Below, piece after piece: positions 44,601-56,793 of a DNA stretch of 64,000 bases. Source of the stretch: an uncultured delta proteobacterium (GTDB lineage Bacteria; Myxococcota_A; Polyangia; Polyangiales; CAVUEK01); contig CAVUEK010000009.1 of the NCBI GenBank assembly GCA_963740495.1, positions 80,722 through 144,721 on the forward strand. The letters are read 5' to 3'. Position 1 is the stretch's first letter. Every line of letters begins with the position of its first letter. Both the position numbers and the translations under genes were made by a program. Under the pieces are notes generated by a model, which saw only the letters and a program-made list of their open reading frames with translations, was not told the DNA's origin and ran no database searches.

Positions 44601-44911
44601 AGCTCGGTACGGACGCGAACTGCAACGGGTGCGGAAACACGTGTACGGCGCCTCAGACGTGTGGCGGCGGCGGGACGCCCGGCACGTGTGGCTGTACACC
44701 CATGCCGTGCGGTGGGCGTTGCGGCTCGGTGCCCGACGGCTGCGGCGGGATGATCAGCTGCGGCGGTTGCCCGGGAGCGAGCAACATGTGCTGCAACAGC
44801 ATGTGCGTCGACACGGACACCAGCAACATGCACTGCGGCGGCTGCAACATGCCCTGCACGTCGCCTCAGACCTGCGGCGGCGGCTCGGCCCCGCCCGGCA
44901 TGTGCGGCTGA
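41687..44911 (+). CDS. giant Cys-rich lipoprotein (~1074 aa) with two repeat types
   Basis: LSGC lipobox; GTG 7 nt after TGC-TACGAT; repeats listed separately. Confidence 0.85.
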   Translation: MDGRSRRALSVALCAYLLSGCQPGENAVLIEATSEAYVQTVDVTVVTLDARRRRVHRAFPVNRDTPDIDAVPIRIAVELDGPSSVLVHLSALSESGATQVATRCYEVSGVMHDSVRLVFPPPGSDPDMDGFPADPHATCFDASGAPCGAFICPAEVGGDCAPDDASVSPGAVELCEDSIDQDCSAGGDPSGDIECRDDDGDGWRTCSGGSAPGTCDCDDVDPDVSPSATESDDPADGTCGDGVDQDCDGVFVACDRDRDGYRADREVGGTPDCDDTNAAINPGAAERCTPEGETPVDENCNGLLDEAPECVGPDLDRDGVDGCDAPGAPPRPNCDCNDCDSGVKPGVVDRCGDGIDQDCDGVDPPCPAGDMDGDGDPAIASGGGDCNDANPTINSFAPEHCGDGIDQDCDSVPDDGCDGDTDGDGWVETGALADCEGDPTRNPGMPELCNGIDDDCDGTADELLLPPVGGDPGFPEGATGCVRPDASVPGCTGSACVVDYMSTFGHCHVCRDACPPTRALECIGGVCNCPAETSFVGPCSDEQLCCGTGCENYLVDIDNCGECGNECNRVTAERNASQPAADQCVGGVCQCGAAGACGPNLMCCGAACVGYNDINNCGACGNVCFSDASSPARMTCPAATLRCECAVANRADCNSNSADGCERDLQTDVNHCGGCGNRCSFANASAECTGGSCHIASCNSGWGNCDGNEANGCETQLNSLSNCASCGTSCSRANATATCATGSCAIAMCSSGWGNCDGNDGNGCELRLNTTANCGGCGVGCAPPFATGTCSSGSCQIMSCDTLRGDCGGGVGNGCETDFTTTSNCNGCGVSCTRANATPTCAGGMCRIGSCSSGWDNCDGTDGNGCETSLNQPSSCGSCTNMCSLMHTATYSCPSGTCRVASCSSGWGNCDGSHPNGCETPTNTTTNCGACGMACMPQHATGDCSTGTCAIASCTSGWADCNGGAGNGCETQLGTDANCNGCGNTCTAPQTCGGGGTPGTCGCTPMPCGGRCGSVPDGCGGMISCGGCPGASNMCCNSMCVDTDTSNMHCGGCNMPCTSPQTCGGGSAPPGMCG
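42160..43070 (+). repeat. six acidic metal-binding-motif repeats (DCxD...P...C.DGIDQDCDG)
   Basis: Visible in the translation. Confidence 0.75.
43636..44640 (+). repeat. seven ~51-aa (~153 bp) Cys-rich tandem repeats
   Basis: Consensus near SCxSGWGNCDGxxxNGCETxLxxxxNCGxCG. Confidence 0.85.
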
Positions 44912-44948
44912 CCCGGCGCTCCGGCGCCGCCCAAGCACCACGCGCGCG

Positions 44949-46622
44949 CTACCGCGGCGGCTTGGCCCAGTCCGGTATCTTCAGGTCGTTCGAGGAGTGC
45001 CCACCGGTGCCCTGCGAGCCGTTCCCGTTGCCGTTTCCCTCGCCGTGAGGGCGCGCGCCTCCCCCGCGACGCGACAGGACCATCTCGATCTCCATCGCCT
45101 CGGTCGGCTCGAGGTCGCGCGACGCGACCAGACGGCCACGACGCGCGCGAATCCGGAGCGCCTCGCCGGGCGAGGCGTCGAACGAGCAAGGCGATGGATC
45201 ACAGACCACACCTCGGCCGTCGACTTCAATCTCGGCGCCGGACGGCTGCGTCGAGACGCGAACGCTCACGAGCGACGGCGCGACGGTCTCGGGAGGTGGA
45301 TCCGTTCGCTCCGGGTCGTCCGCAGAGGCGCGCTCGGGATCGACGGCGGCGAGCCCGGCGTTCTCTTCGGGATGCGACGGAGCGGCCGCGACGGGCGGCA
45401 CGGGCGTCGTTCCGTTTGCCGCCGTTGGCTGCGGCCGAAACGCGAAGTAACCACCGACGCCTGCCGCGACGAGCGCGAGCATTCCGCCTGCGATAGCGAG
45501 GCCCATGCGAGCGCGCCTCGGCTCCCCCGAGTACTCGGTCGTGGGCGCCGCCTCGACCATCCTCGCGCGGTTGCGGGCCGACCGGCTCGGCTCCCCATAG
45601 CCGGGAACCGTGTGGTCGTCGTGAAACGCACCGGACAGGTCCATCGCGACGGCGAGGGCGCGCCCGTACGCGCCCATCGACGGGTAGCGCTCGTCGGGCT
45701 CCTTCGCGAGAGCCTTCAGAATGACGAGCTCGAGCTCTTCTGGACAGACGACGTTCTGGTTGATCGCGCGGAGCGGCGGCACCTGCTCGAACATGTGCTG
45801 CGTGAGTATCCCCATGAACGTGTCGCCGATGAATGGGACCCGCCCGGTGAGTGCCTCGAAGAGGATCACGCCGAGCGCGTAGATGTCGACGCGGTGATCC
45901 AGCGGCTTTCCGGCGGCCTGCTCGGGTGACATGTACTCGGGCGTCCCGAAGATCATCCCGGTCTTCGTGAGCTTTCGGCCGGGCGCGCCCTCCGTCTCGA
46001 TGTCGCTCATCTTCGCGATGCCGAAATCGACGATCTTCACGAAGTCGGCCTGCTCGTCGCGACGTCGTGAGGAAGATGTTCTCCGGCTTCATGTCGCGAT
46101 GGACGATGCCCTTCGCGTGCGCGGCGCCGAGCGCGCGGCAGCACTGCAGGACGATGTCCACGCGCGCGCGCGGGGCGCGAGCGTCCCCTCCCGCGCGAGG
46201 ACGTTCGCGAGGTCTTCGCCCTCGAGCGTACTCCATCACGAAGTAGCTCGCGCCCGTCGGCGTCTCGCCGAAGTCGGAGATGTCGACGATGTGCTCGTGG
46301 CCGATGCGCGACGCGCTCTTGGCCTCTTGGCGGAAGCGCTCGACGACCTCGGTGCGCTTCGAGAAGTCGTCGCGCAGGACTTGATCGCGACCTGCTTCTC
46401 GATGATCGTGTGCTCGCCTCGTAGACGATCGCCCATCCCGCCTTCGCCGATCGCGCGGATGACTTTGTAGCGACCGCCGAGCGTCGATTCCGACGAGCGG
46501 ATCGCTGGCGTCGGGGCCCTCGGTCATCATCTGGCTCGGCGTGCTGAGGCGCGCACCGTCCAGCGGGCAGAAGACCTCTCCACCGCCGATACTCGGACTT
46601 GCACGATGGGGCAGACCTTCAT
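44949..46622 (-). CDS. Ser/Thr protein kinase with N-terminal Cys knuckle, TM and PEGA-like domain (frameshifted)
   Basis: MKVCP...FCPLDG; HRDMKPEN; DFGIAK; GTPEYMSPEQ. Confidence 0.92.
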
Positions 46623-46655
46623 CGACTCGGTGCCCGTGCCTGATGGACGAGACAG

Positions 46656-46685
46656 ACGGTAGCATCGGGTCCTCTTGAGGGTCAA
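46656..46685 (-). promoter_or_regulatory. sigma70-type promoter of kinase
   Basis: Minus strand TTGACC-18bp-TACCGT with extended TG. Confidence 0.5.
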
Positions 46686-46821
46686 CGCAAGCGACAGCCG
46701 CGTCAACCGAATGCGCTTCGAAGTGATTGTCCACGACGCAGACACCGAGCGTGTTGCGCGCCTCGACGCGTCGCGCGGACGTGATGCGCCGCGCGGCTCG
46801 CTGATACAGCGATGTAACCTC

Positions 46822-48642
<1,821 letters not shown>

Positions 48643-48646
<4 letters not shown>

Positions 48647-49602
48647 CTGAGCCGGCGCTGCCCGAAGTCCTGGTCCTCGCCGGCGCGACGGCGACGGGAA
48701 AGACCGACATCGCGATCGACATCGCGAGCGAGGTCGGGGGCGAGATCGTCGGCGCCGATAGCGTTCAGGTGTACCGAGGGCTCGACATCGGCTCCGGCAA
48801 GCCGACGCGAGCGGAGCTCCGCGGCGTCCGGCACCACATGATCGACATCGTGGATCCCGACGAGCCGATCGACGCGGTTCGATACGCGGAGCTGGCGGAC
48901 CGCGCGATCGCCGATGTCGCGGCTCGAGGTCGCCTTCCGATCGTCGTCGGTGGCACCGGGCTCTGGCTCCGCGCGTTGCTGCGCGGCCTCGTCGACGTGC
49001 CCAAGGTCGATCCCGACGTTCGCGCTCGGCTCGAAAGAGAGGCCGAGCGCGACGGTGTAGCCACCCTCCACGCGCGCCTTTGCGCCGTGGACCCGCGCGG
49101 CGCGAGCGCCATCCACCCGCACGACCGCGTGCGCATCGTGCGCGCGCTCGAGGTGTACGAGCAGACCGGCGAGCCGCTCGGCGAGCTCCGCGCGCGCCAC
49201 GCGCTCGGAGCGCCGCGGTACGGAGGGATGGCGCTCGTCCTCGATCGTCCGATCGACGCGCTCGAGTCGCGTATCGAGAGCCGGGTTCGTCGAATGATCG
49301 ATGCGGGGTGGGCGACCGAGGTCCGATCGCTCGTCTCTCGGTGGGGCTCGGAGATACGCGGGCTCCACGCCGTCGGCTACGAGGAGATGCTGGGGCACGT
49401 CACGGGCGGGCCGCCCATGGACGAGACCGAGCGTCGCATCATCAAGGCCACACGCGCGTACGCTCGGCGGCAGCGAAATTGGTTTCGCGCCGAGCCCGGG
49501 CTCGAGCCGCGAGTGGCCCCGGATGCATTGCTCGCCGCGGGCGAGCTGCGAGATCGGATCCGAGCGCTCGCGGGCTCGGCTCGCACGAGAGGTGCGATGT
49601 GA
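48643..49602 (+). CDS. miaA: tRNA dimethylallyltransferase
   Basis: [43 protein letters not shown]; canonical mutL-miaA order. Confidence 0.96.
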
Positions 49603-50258
49603 ACTTCGTCGCGCACGCGTTCGTCGCGCTCGGGGCCCGTTCGTCGCCAGCGATTGTCCTCGGCGCGATGCTCCCGGACTTCTTCGGAATGGCGCGCACG
49701 CGAGGTGCCCGCACCGACCATGGAGAGCTCGCGAGCGGCATCGCCCTCCATCACGCCACCGACAGCGCCTTTCACGGAGCCAAGACCTTCCTCGCGCTCA
49801 CTGCGCAAGCCGTCGGCGAGCTCGAGGCTCGCGGTGTCGCGCACGGGCCCGCGCGGGCGGCGGCGCACGTCGGCATCGAGCTGCTCCTCGACGGCTTCGT
49901 CGTCGAGGAGCCCGGCCTGCGCAACGCCTACGCGGCGGCGCTCGCCGTCGCGCCGCGGACGGCGCTCGGCCGGCACCTCGCGTTTCGCCGCCCCGACCAC
50001 GGCGAGCGTTACGACGCGCTCGTCGAACGCCTCGCAACGTGGGGACTGCCGGAGGGGTTCGCGGAGCCCGACGCGGTGGCCGATCGCCTCTCTCGCGCGC
50101 TCGCGGGCCGGCCACGCCTCGCGCTCGACGACGCGGCGGAGCGAAGCGTGCGCGTGTGGCTCCCTCTCGCCAAGGAATCGCTCGGCAACGTCGTCGGAAG
50201 ACTGCTCTCGGAGGTTCGCGAGGGCCGCGCGCGCGCTCGGGACGTGCCGTCAGGTTGA
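49599..50258 (+). CDS. AcpH/DUF479-like HD-type hydrolase
   Basis: NFVAHA, LGAMLPDF, GIALHHATDSAFH. Confidence 0.65.
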   Translation: MNFVAHAFVALGARSSPAIVLGAMLPDFFGMARTRGARTDHGELASGIALHHATDSAFHGAKTFLALTAQAVGELEARGVAHGPARAAAHVGIELLLDGFVVEEPGLRNAYAAALAVAPRTALGRHLAFRRPDHGERYDALVERLATWGLPEGFAEPDAVADRLSRALAGRPRLALDDAAERSVRVWLPLAKESLGNVVGRLLSEVREGRARARDVPSG

Positions 50259-50373
50259 CACACGACGGGGCGCGCATGCGATACTTCGCGGGTCTAGCTC
50301 AGCGATTTTGCGAGGCAAAAGCACGCCGGGCGACGCGAGGAAGAGCCGAAGAAGCAGAAGGACAGAGAGCCCG

Positions 50374-52552
50374 GTGTCCCAAGCCCACGTCCCGGCACCT
50401 CCACCCCCGCCTCCTCCCCAGGGAGACGACGCCGCCGGCCCGCCCGAGCTCCCCGAAGAGCAGATGCCGAAGCGCTTCGGCAAGTACACCCTCATCCGCC
50501 GGCTCGCGCTCGGTGGCATGGCCGAGCTCTTCCTCGGCATCCAACGCTCGATGGCCGGCTTCGAGAAGCTGATCGTCATCAAGCGCGTCCTTCCCCACCT
50601 GGCGAAGGACACCGACTTCGTCGAGATGCTCCTCGACGAGGCTCGCATCGCGGCCACGCTGAACCACCCGAACGTCGCCCACATCTACGACGTCGGCGTG
50701 TTCGAGGCTCAGTACTTCATCGCCATGGAGCACATCCACGGCGAGGACCTGCGCTCGATCGTGCGGCAGATGAAGAAGAAGGAGGTGACGGCCTTCCCGC
50801 TCGAGCACGCGCTCGCGATCGTGCTCGGGTGCTGCTCGGGGCTCGCATACGCGCACGAGAAGAACAGCCTCGACGGCGAGCCTCTCAACATCGTGCACCG
50901 TGACGTGAGCCCGCAGAACATCCTCGTCACGTTCAGCGGCGACGTGAAGCTCGTCGACTTCGGCATCGCCAAAGCCGGCAGGAGCGCCGAGGAAGAGACG
51001 AAGAGCGGCAAGCTCAAGGGAAAGATCCCGTACATGAGCCCGGAGCAGGCGCAGGGTGTGCTGCTCGACGCGCGCAGCGACATCTTCAGCCTCGGCGTGA
51101 TTCTCTTCGAGCTCTGCACCGGGCGCCGCCTCTTCAAGGGCACGAGCGAGTTCGACACGATGCGCCTCATCGTCGACGGGGAGTACCCGAGGCCTCGTGT
51201 TCTCAACCCCGCCCTGTCGCCGCGTCTCGAAGAGATCATCATGCGCGCGCTCGCGAAGGACCGCGACAAGCGGTACCAGACGGCGCGCGAGCTGCAGGGA
51301 GATCTCGAAGGCTTCATTCGAGCCGAACGCCTCGCGGTGAGCCCGCTCTCGCTCGGCGAGTGGATGCAGGGCCTCTTCGCCGAGAAGCTCGCGCAGCAAA
51401 AGCAGATGCTCCAAGAGGGCCGCCAGCTCGCCGAGGTCATCGCGGCGCAAGTCGCGGAGGAGGAGGCGGAAGCGAAGGAGGTCCTCGCGTCCGGAGTTCA
51501 TCGGCGCAAGGCGAGCAAAGCGCCGTGGATTCCTCCTCGTGCTCGTTCTGCTCGCCGCCGGAGGCGCCGGCGCGTTTCTCCTCACGCGCCCGCCGAAGAC
51601 CGGCATCGCCACCGGGCCGGGCGTCCTCGACGTCGAGACGACGCCGCCTGGCGCCGCGATCTGGCTCGACGGCGACCGGAGGAGCGAGCGGACACCCGCG
51701 ACCCTCCGGCAGCTCCCCGTCGGGGCCACGTACACGGTCAAGCTCGCCGCCGACGGCTACGCCCCCCACGTCGAGCAGGTGCGCTTGACGACCGCCGAGC
51801 CTCACGGTCGCCTGCAAGCGACGCTCGAGCGGCCGTCGGCGGACTCCTTCGCGGTCGTGAACGTCCGAACGATTCCGGCCGGCGCTCACGTCCTCTTCGA
51901 TGGGACCGACACGAGCGAGACTACGCCCGCAACGGTTCCACGCATCGAGCCGGGCATCGAGCACACGCTCGTGCTCACGCTCGACGGCTACGTCACGCGC
52001 TCGGTGCCGCTCACGCTTCGCGCCGGCCAAGCGGAAGACCTCGTCTTCGAGCTCGAGCGCACGCCGCTCACCGACGCCGAAGCGATCCTCCGCCTCGTCA
52101 CCGAGCCCGACGACGCGCGCGTACAGCTCGACGGTCGCTGGTACGACACGGGAAGCCCCTACGAGTTCCGCGTCCAAGCCCGCGCATACCGGCTCGTCGT
52201 CGCCAAGAGCGGCTATCGTCCGGACGAGCAGCACGTCGAGCTGCCGGGCGGCGAGGTCACCGAGACGACGGTCCGCCTCCATCAAGCCCGCCGCACCGGT
52301 GGAAACCAGACGGGAAGCAGCGAGGTGACGCCCACCGCGAGCGGTCCGGGCCAGCTCACGTTCGACGCGAGGCCCTGGTGCCAGGTGTCGATCGACGGCA
52401 GCGGCGTCGGTCAGACGCCGATCGTCAACCGCACGCTCCCATCCGGACACCACCGGATCACGTGCACGAACCCCGACCTCGGCGTCACCCGCACCGTCAA
52501 CGTCGAGATCCGACCGGGCGAGACGACGCGGCAGCGCATCTCCCTCGAGTGA
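50374..52552 (+). CDS. receptor Ser/Thr kinase with TM and four PEGA-type domains (frameshift ~51530)
   Basis: LALGGMAE, VIKR, HRDVSPQN, DFGIAK, KGKIPYMSPEQ; TTPPGA, TIPAGA, TEPDDA and ARPWCQVSIDG repeats. Confidence 0.93.
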
Positions 52553-53526
52553 ACGCGCACGAGCCACCGACCCGCGACAAGAAGAAGCGGCGCATTCTCT
52601 TGGCCATCCAGATCGCGGGCTCCGCCTGCGGGTTCGCGTACATCGCAGCGGTCGCCGATCTCGGCGCGGCGTTCGACGCTGCTCTCTCCGCACCGCTCAC
52701 GAGCCTCGGCGCCGCCATCGCGATCGGCTTCGCGACGCTCGGAGTCGGCGCGCTTCGCTGGCAGATCCTCCTGCGCGCGTATGGTGCCACCCAGGTTCCC
52801 GCGCTGCGCCGCCTCTATCTCATCTACCTCGTGGGTCTCTTCTACAACTGCTACCTCCCCGGCGGCGTGGGCGGCGACGTCGTGCGGGGCGTGGTCTCTC
52901 GCGAGGCGTTCGGCGCCGAGGGCGTGACGCGTGGAATCGCGGTCGTCACCGTCGAGCGCGCGCTCGGCTTGAGCGGGCTGCTCCTCGTGTGTGCCGGCGC
53001 GCTCTACGCACGCCCGGTCCCGACGGCGATTCCGAGCGAAGCGGCGCTCGGGCTCGCCGTCGCTTGCACGGTCGGCGTCGTGGTCGGACTCGCATGGGCG
53101 CGACGCCTCGCGCCGCGGCTCCCCGGCGCGCTCGCCCGCGTCGCAGGTGCGCTGCCTCGAGCACGGAGCCTCGGCAGCATAGGGATCGCCCTCGCGCTCA
53201 GCGTCGTCACGCAGCTCGGCGTCGCGCTCGCTGGCCACGCCGTGCTCAGCGCGATCGAGCCGCGCGCGATGCTCGCCGACTCTCTCTTCATCGTCCCGCT
53301 CGCCGCCGCGACCGCGTTTCTCCCCATCACGGTCGGCGGCGCGGGCGCGCGCGAGGCCGCGTTCGTCGTCCTCGCGGCGACGGTGATCGGGACGAGCCAA
53401 GACCGCGCCACCGCAGCGTCGCTCCTGCTCTGGGCATCTCAGCTCGTCGTCGCGGGCGTGGGCGGCATCGTCCAGATTTTTCTCCCGGTCACGCGCGTCG
53501 CGACGCGAGCCGACGAAGCATCATGA
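52549..53526 (+). CDS. lysylphosphatidylglycerol-synthase TM domain (flippase-like) protein
   Basis: LRWQILL, FYNCYLPGGVGGDVVR, ER, LPITVGGAGARE. Confidence 0.88.
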   Translation: MNAHEPPTRDKKKRRILLAIQIAGSACGFAYIAAVADLGAAFDAALSAPLTSLGAAIAIGFATLGVGALRWQILLRAYGATQVPALRRLYLIYLVGLFYNCYLPGGVGGDVVRGVVSREAFGAEGVTRGIAVVTVERALGLSGLLLVCAGALYARPVPTAIPSEAALGLAVACTVGVVVGLAWARRLAPRLPGALARVAGALPRARSLGSIGIALALSVVTQLGVALAGHAVLSAIEPRAMLADSLFIVPLAAATAFLPITVGGAGAREAAFVVLAATVIGTSQDRATAASLLLWASQLVVAGVGGIVQIFLPVTRVATRADEAS

Positions 53527-55464
53527 GCGAAGTCGGCCCGCGCCCGCGGCTCGCGACGCTGTACCTCCCGCTCGCCGCGCCGGGCGTTGCGTGGGCCACC
53601 TCGGCCGTCGTCTTCGCCGTCTACGTCGCGACGATGGGTCGAGATTCTCGGCCCGTACGACAGCGCGGAGCTCGCGCTCGCGGCGTGCGAGCCGGGGCTG
53701 AGCCATCCGATCGGCCAACCGCTCCACACCCTCCTCGGCTTCGTCGCGTGCCACCTCCCCGCCATCCCCTCGCTCGTCGGCCTCGGGCTGCTCTCCGCGC
53801 TCCCCGCTGCGCTGACGATCCTGCCGGTCGCGTCCATCGCCGAGCGGCTCGGCGCCGGGCGCGATCCGCGCGGCACCGGGATCGTCCTCGCTCTGTTCGC
53901 GCTCCACGCCACGCTCTGGGAGCCGGCGACGCGAGTCGAGGTCTACGCACTCGGCACGTTCTTCGCGCTCTGGTCGATCGCGCGCGGCGTCGCCGCAGAG
54001 CGCCCGCGCGACCATGCGCTGGTCGGCCTCGCCGCCGGTCTCGCGGCGTCTTCGAACGCGTGGCTCGGCGTGATGGCAGCGGCGACGATCGCGCCCCGGC
54101 TGCTCTTCGCCCTCCGGCGCGATCGGCGCGCTCCTCGTCAGCTCGGCGCGGCGGTGGCTCTCGGCCTCGCCGGCCTCGTCCCGTACGCGTGGATCCCGTA
54201 CGCGTTCGTCGCCCGGCGCGGACACGCGTTCGTCTGGGGCGCGTCGGGCGCGCCCGATGCGCTCTCGTTCTACCTCCGCGGCGCCGACTACACGCAGAAC
54301 CGGCAGCTCACGGGCGACCTCTTCGCGGACAACCTCGCGCGCTTCGCGTCATGGGGCGTGACGAGCGGTTACCTGCCGTTGCTCGCGCTCGGCGCCCTCG
54401 GCGTCGCGCTCGCGAAGGATGCGCCGCGGGCAGCGCGCTTCGCCATCGTCGTGCCGGTCGCGCTCTCGATCGGGCTCGTCACGACCAACGCCATCTACGA
54501 GCCGACCGTCCTCGACCACCTCGGCTACCTCGCTCCCGGCCTCTGGCTCGCCGCCGCATGCGTCGCGGCAGCGCTCGCGGGTGCACGGACGCGGAGCGGG
54601 CGCGGCAGGATGGGCGCCGCGCTCGGTGTCTTCGTGCTCGGTGTCGCCACGCTCGTCGGACCGCCCTCGATCCTCGCCCGCACGCGTGCGCGCGACGACT
54701 CGCTCCGCGTGCTCGTCGATGGCGTGCTCTCGGAGGCGCCGCGCGACGCGATCCTCGTCGTCGAGCGCGACCACTGGGCCGCTCCGCTCCTCTACGTCCA
54801 ACGCGTCGAGCACGCGCGCCCGGACCTCGTGATCCTCCCGTACGGTCTGAGCGCGTCGTCATGGTATTGGCAGCTCTTGCAGCACGACCACCCGCGGCTC
54901 CGGCGATTCGCGCTTCGAGGGCCGGGAGGGCGCCCCGCGCGCCTGCAGCGGTTCCTCGGCGCGAACCCCGAGCGAGCGGTGCTCGTCCAGACCCGTGAGC
55001 TCGGCGCGATCGTTGGCCTTCCGATCTGCGGCGTCGGATTTCTCGCTCGCGCGCGCCCATGCCCCGCACCGGCGCTCGACCCGGGCGTCGCGACGCGCGC
55101 GACAGCCTCTCTGCTCTCGCGCATCGGGCATGGGTCACCCGCGACCGACGAGGTGCTGGCGAGCGTGGCGCTCGACCGCGGGCTCGCGCTCGCGGACCTC
55201 GGGCGGTTTGCAGACGCGCTCAGCGCGCTGCTCTCGGGAGTCGTCGAGCCACCGGCCAGCCGCTGGCCCGCGGGATCGTCGCTCGACGCACCGCTCGGGC
55301 CCCTGCCACCCTTCACGGGCCACGCAGCGATCGGAGACGAGCGCAGAAATCTCCACGTCGCGGCGATCCTCCTCCTGCGAGCCGGCGCCGAGCGCGAGAG
55401 CCGGCGGCTCCTCGACGAGGCCGCGCGCCGGGGCCTGCCGCGCGCGTTCGCGACGCCCCCGTGA
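53523..55464 (+). CDS. DUF2723 (TMEM260-like) GT-C glycosyltransferase (frameshift ~53640)
   Basis: YDSAEL, HPIGQPLH, ATRVEVYAL, LYVQRVEHARPDL. Confidence 0.82.
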
Positions 55465-55504
55465 GGTCGCACCCCCTCGCCCGACCCGGTGGTATCGTCC
55501 GCGC

Positions 55505-56024
55505 GTGCGGCACTCCTCGCATGGAACCGGCGCGTTCACCCCGGCCGACCTCGCTGCCTGCGGCGAAGGCTGCGTGTTCGAGACCGGAGTACTGATTCTT
55601 CACCCCGAGAACGTGCGGCTCGGCAAGAACGTCTACGTCGGCCACCAGACGATCCTCAAGGGCTACTACAAGAACGCGCTCCTCGTCGGCGACGAGACCT
55701 GGATCGGACAGCAGTGCTTCTTTCACTCCGCCGGCGGTCTGACGATCGGCGCCCGCGTCGGGATCGGGCCCGGCGTGCGCATCATCACCTCGACGCATCG
55801 CGAGGTCGGCCGCGCGACGCCGATCCTCCTCGCTCCTGTCGACCTCGCCCCGGTCGTGATCGAGGACGACTCGGACCTCGGCACCTCGTCGGTGATCTCT
55901 ACCGGGCGTCACGATTGGCAGAGGCGCCCAGGTCGGCGCCGGCTCCGTGGTGACCCGCGACGTGCCCCCGTACGCCGTCGTCGCCGGCGCGCCCGCGCGC
56001 GTCCTTCGCGAGCGCCCCGAGTGA
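55505..56024 (+). CDS. hexapeptide-repeat acyltransferase (frameshift ~55900)
   Basis: [60 protein letters not shown]. Confidence 0.9.
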
Positions 56025-56747
56025 GCGAGCGGACACCTTTGTCGGTCGTCGTCCTGGCGTACGACGAGGAGGAGAACGTCCCGGCGGTGCTGGGCGAGCT
56101 CCTCGCGTGGCTCGACGCGAACGAGCCCGACGCCGAGGTCGTCTTCGTCGACGACGGCTCACGAGACGCTACGCGTGCGCGAGCTCGAGAGATCCTCGGC
56201 GGGCGACGCGCCACCATCGTCGGACACGAACGCAACCGAGGGATGGGCGCCGGGCTCAAGACCGGTGTCCGCGCGGCGACCGGCACGTGGGTGACGTTCC
56301 TCCCGGCGGACGGACAGATCGCCCCCGAGGCGATCGGAACGCTTCGCGCCGCGGCCGACGACGAGACCGACGTCGTGCTCAGCGTGTACGAGCATCGCGA
56401 CGACGGAGTGCATCGAACGATCCTGTCGTGGGGCGTGCGGGCACTCGATCCTCGCGGTGCACGGCGTGCGCCTCCGGAGCGACGGCCCCTACCTCTTCCG
56501 CCGCCGGCTCTTCGTCCCCGAGCAGCTTCCGCCCGACACGTTCTTCCTGAACTTCGAGTTCCCGATCCGAGCCCTCGCGGCGGGCCTGCGCGTCCACACC
56601 GTCGTGATCGAGTGCCGTCCCCGTCGCGCAGGGCACTCCAAGACCACAGCGTTCGGCCGAGCCGCCGGCGTCGCGCGTGATCTCGTCGCGCTTCGATGGC
56701 GTCGAACGCGCGAGCTCGCGGCCAACGCCCTCGGACTGCGCCGCTGA
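56021..56747 (+). CDS. GT2 polyprenol-phosphate glycosyltransferase (DPM1-like; frameshift ~56445)
   Basis: [38 protein letters not shown]. Confidence 0.88.
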
Positions 56748-56758
56748 CGCGTTCGCCC

Positions 56759-56787
56759 TTGAAACCCGAGGCTCGCGTGACTACGAA
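56759..56787 (+). promoter_or_regulatory. sigma70-type promoter, probably leaderless
   Basis: TTGAAA-17bp-TACGAA, ATG 6 nt downstream. Confidence 0.55.
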
Positions 56788-56793
56788 GACCGC

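Noticed and set aside
43636-44640. CRISPR array or DGR-like repeats
   Set aside because: The ~153-bp units are degenerate, in-frame protein repeats with no identical repeat/unique spacer pattern, and no cas or reverse transcriptase gene was seen
49654-53526. 1290-aa kinase-flippase fusion suggested by the ORF track
   Set aside because: Artefact of the ~51530 frameshift; the PEGA region lies in another frame and ends at 52552
54995-56680. Acyltransferase-GT2 fusion ORF
   Set aside because: A frameshift near 55900 explains it; the acyltransferase ends at TGA 56024 overlapping GTG 56021
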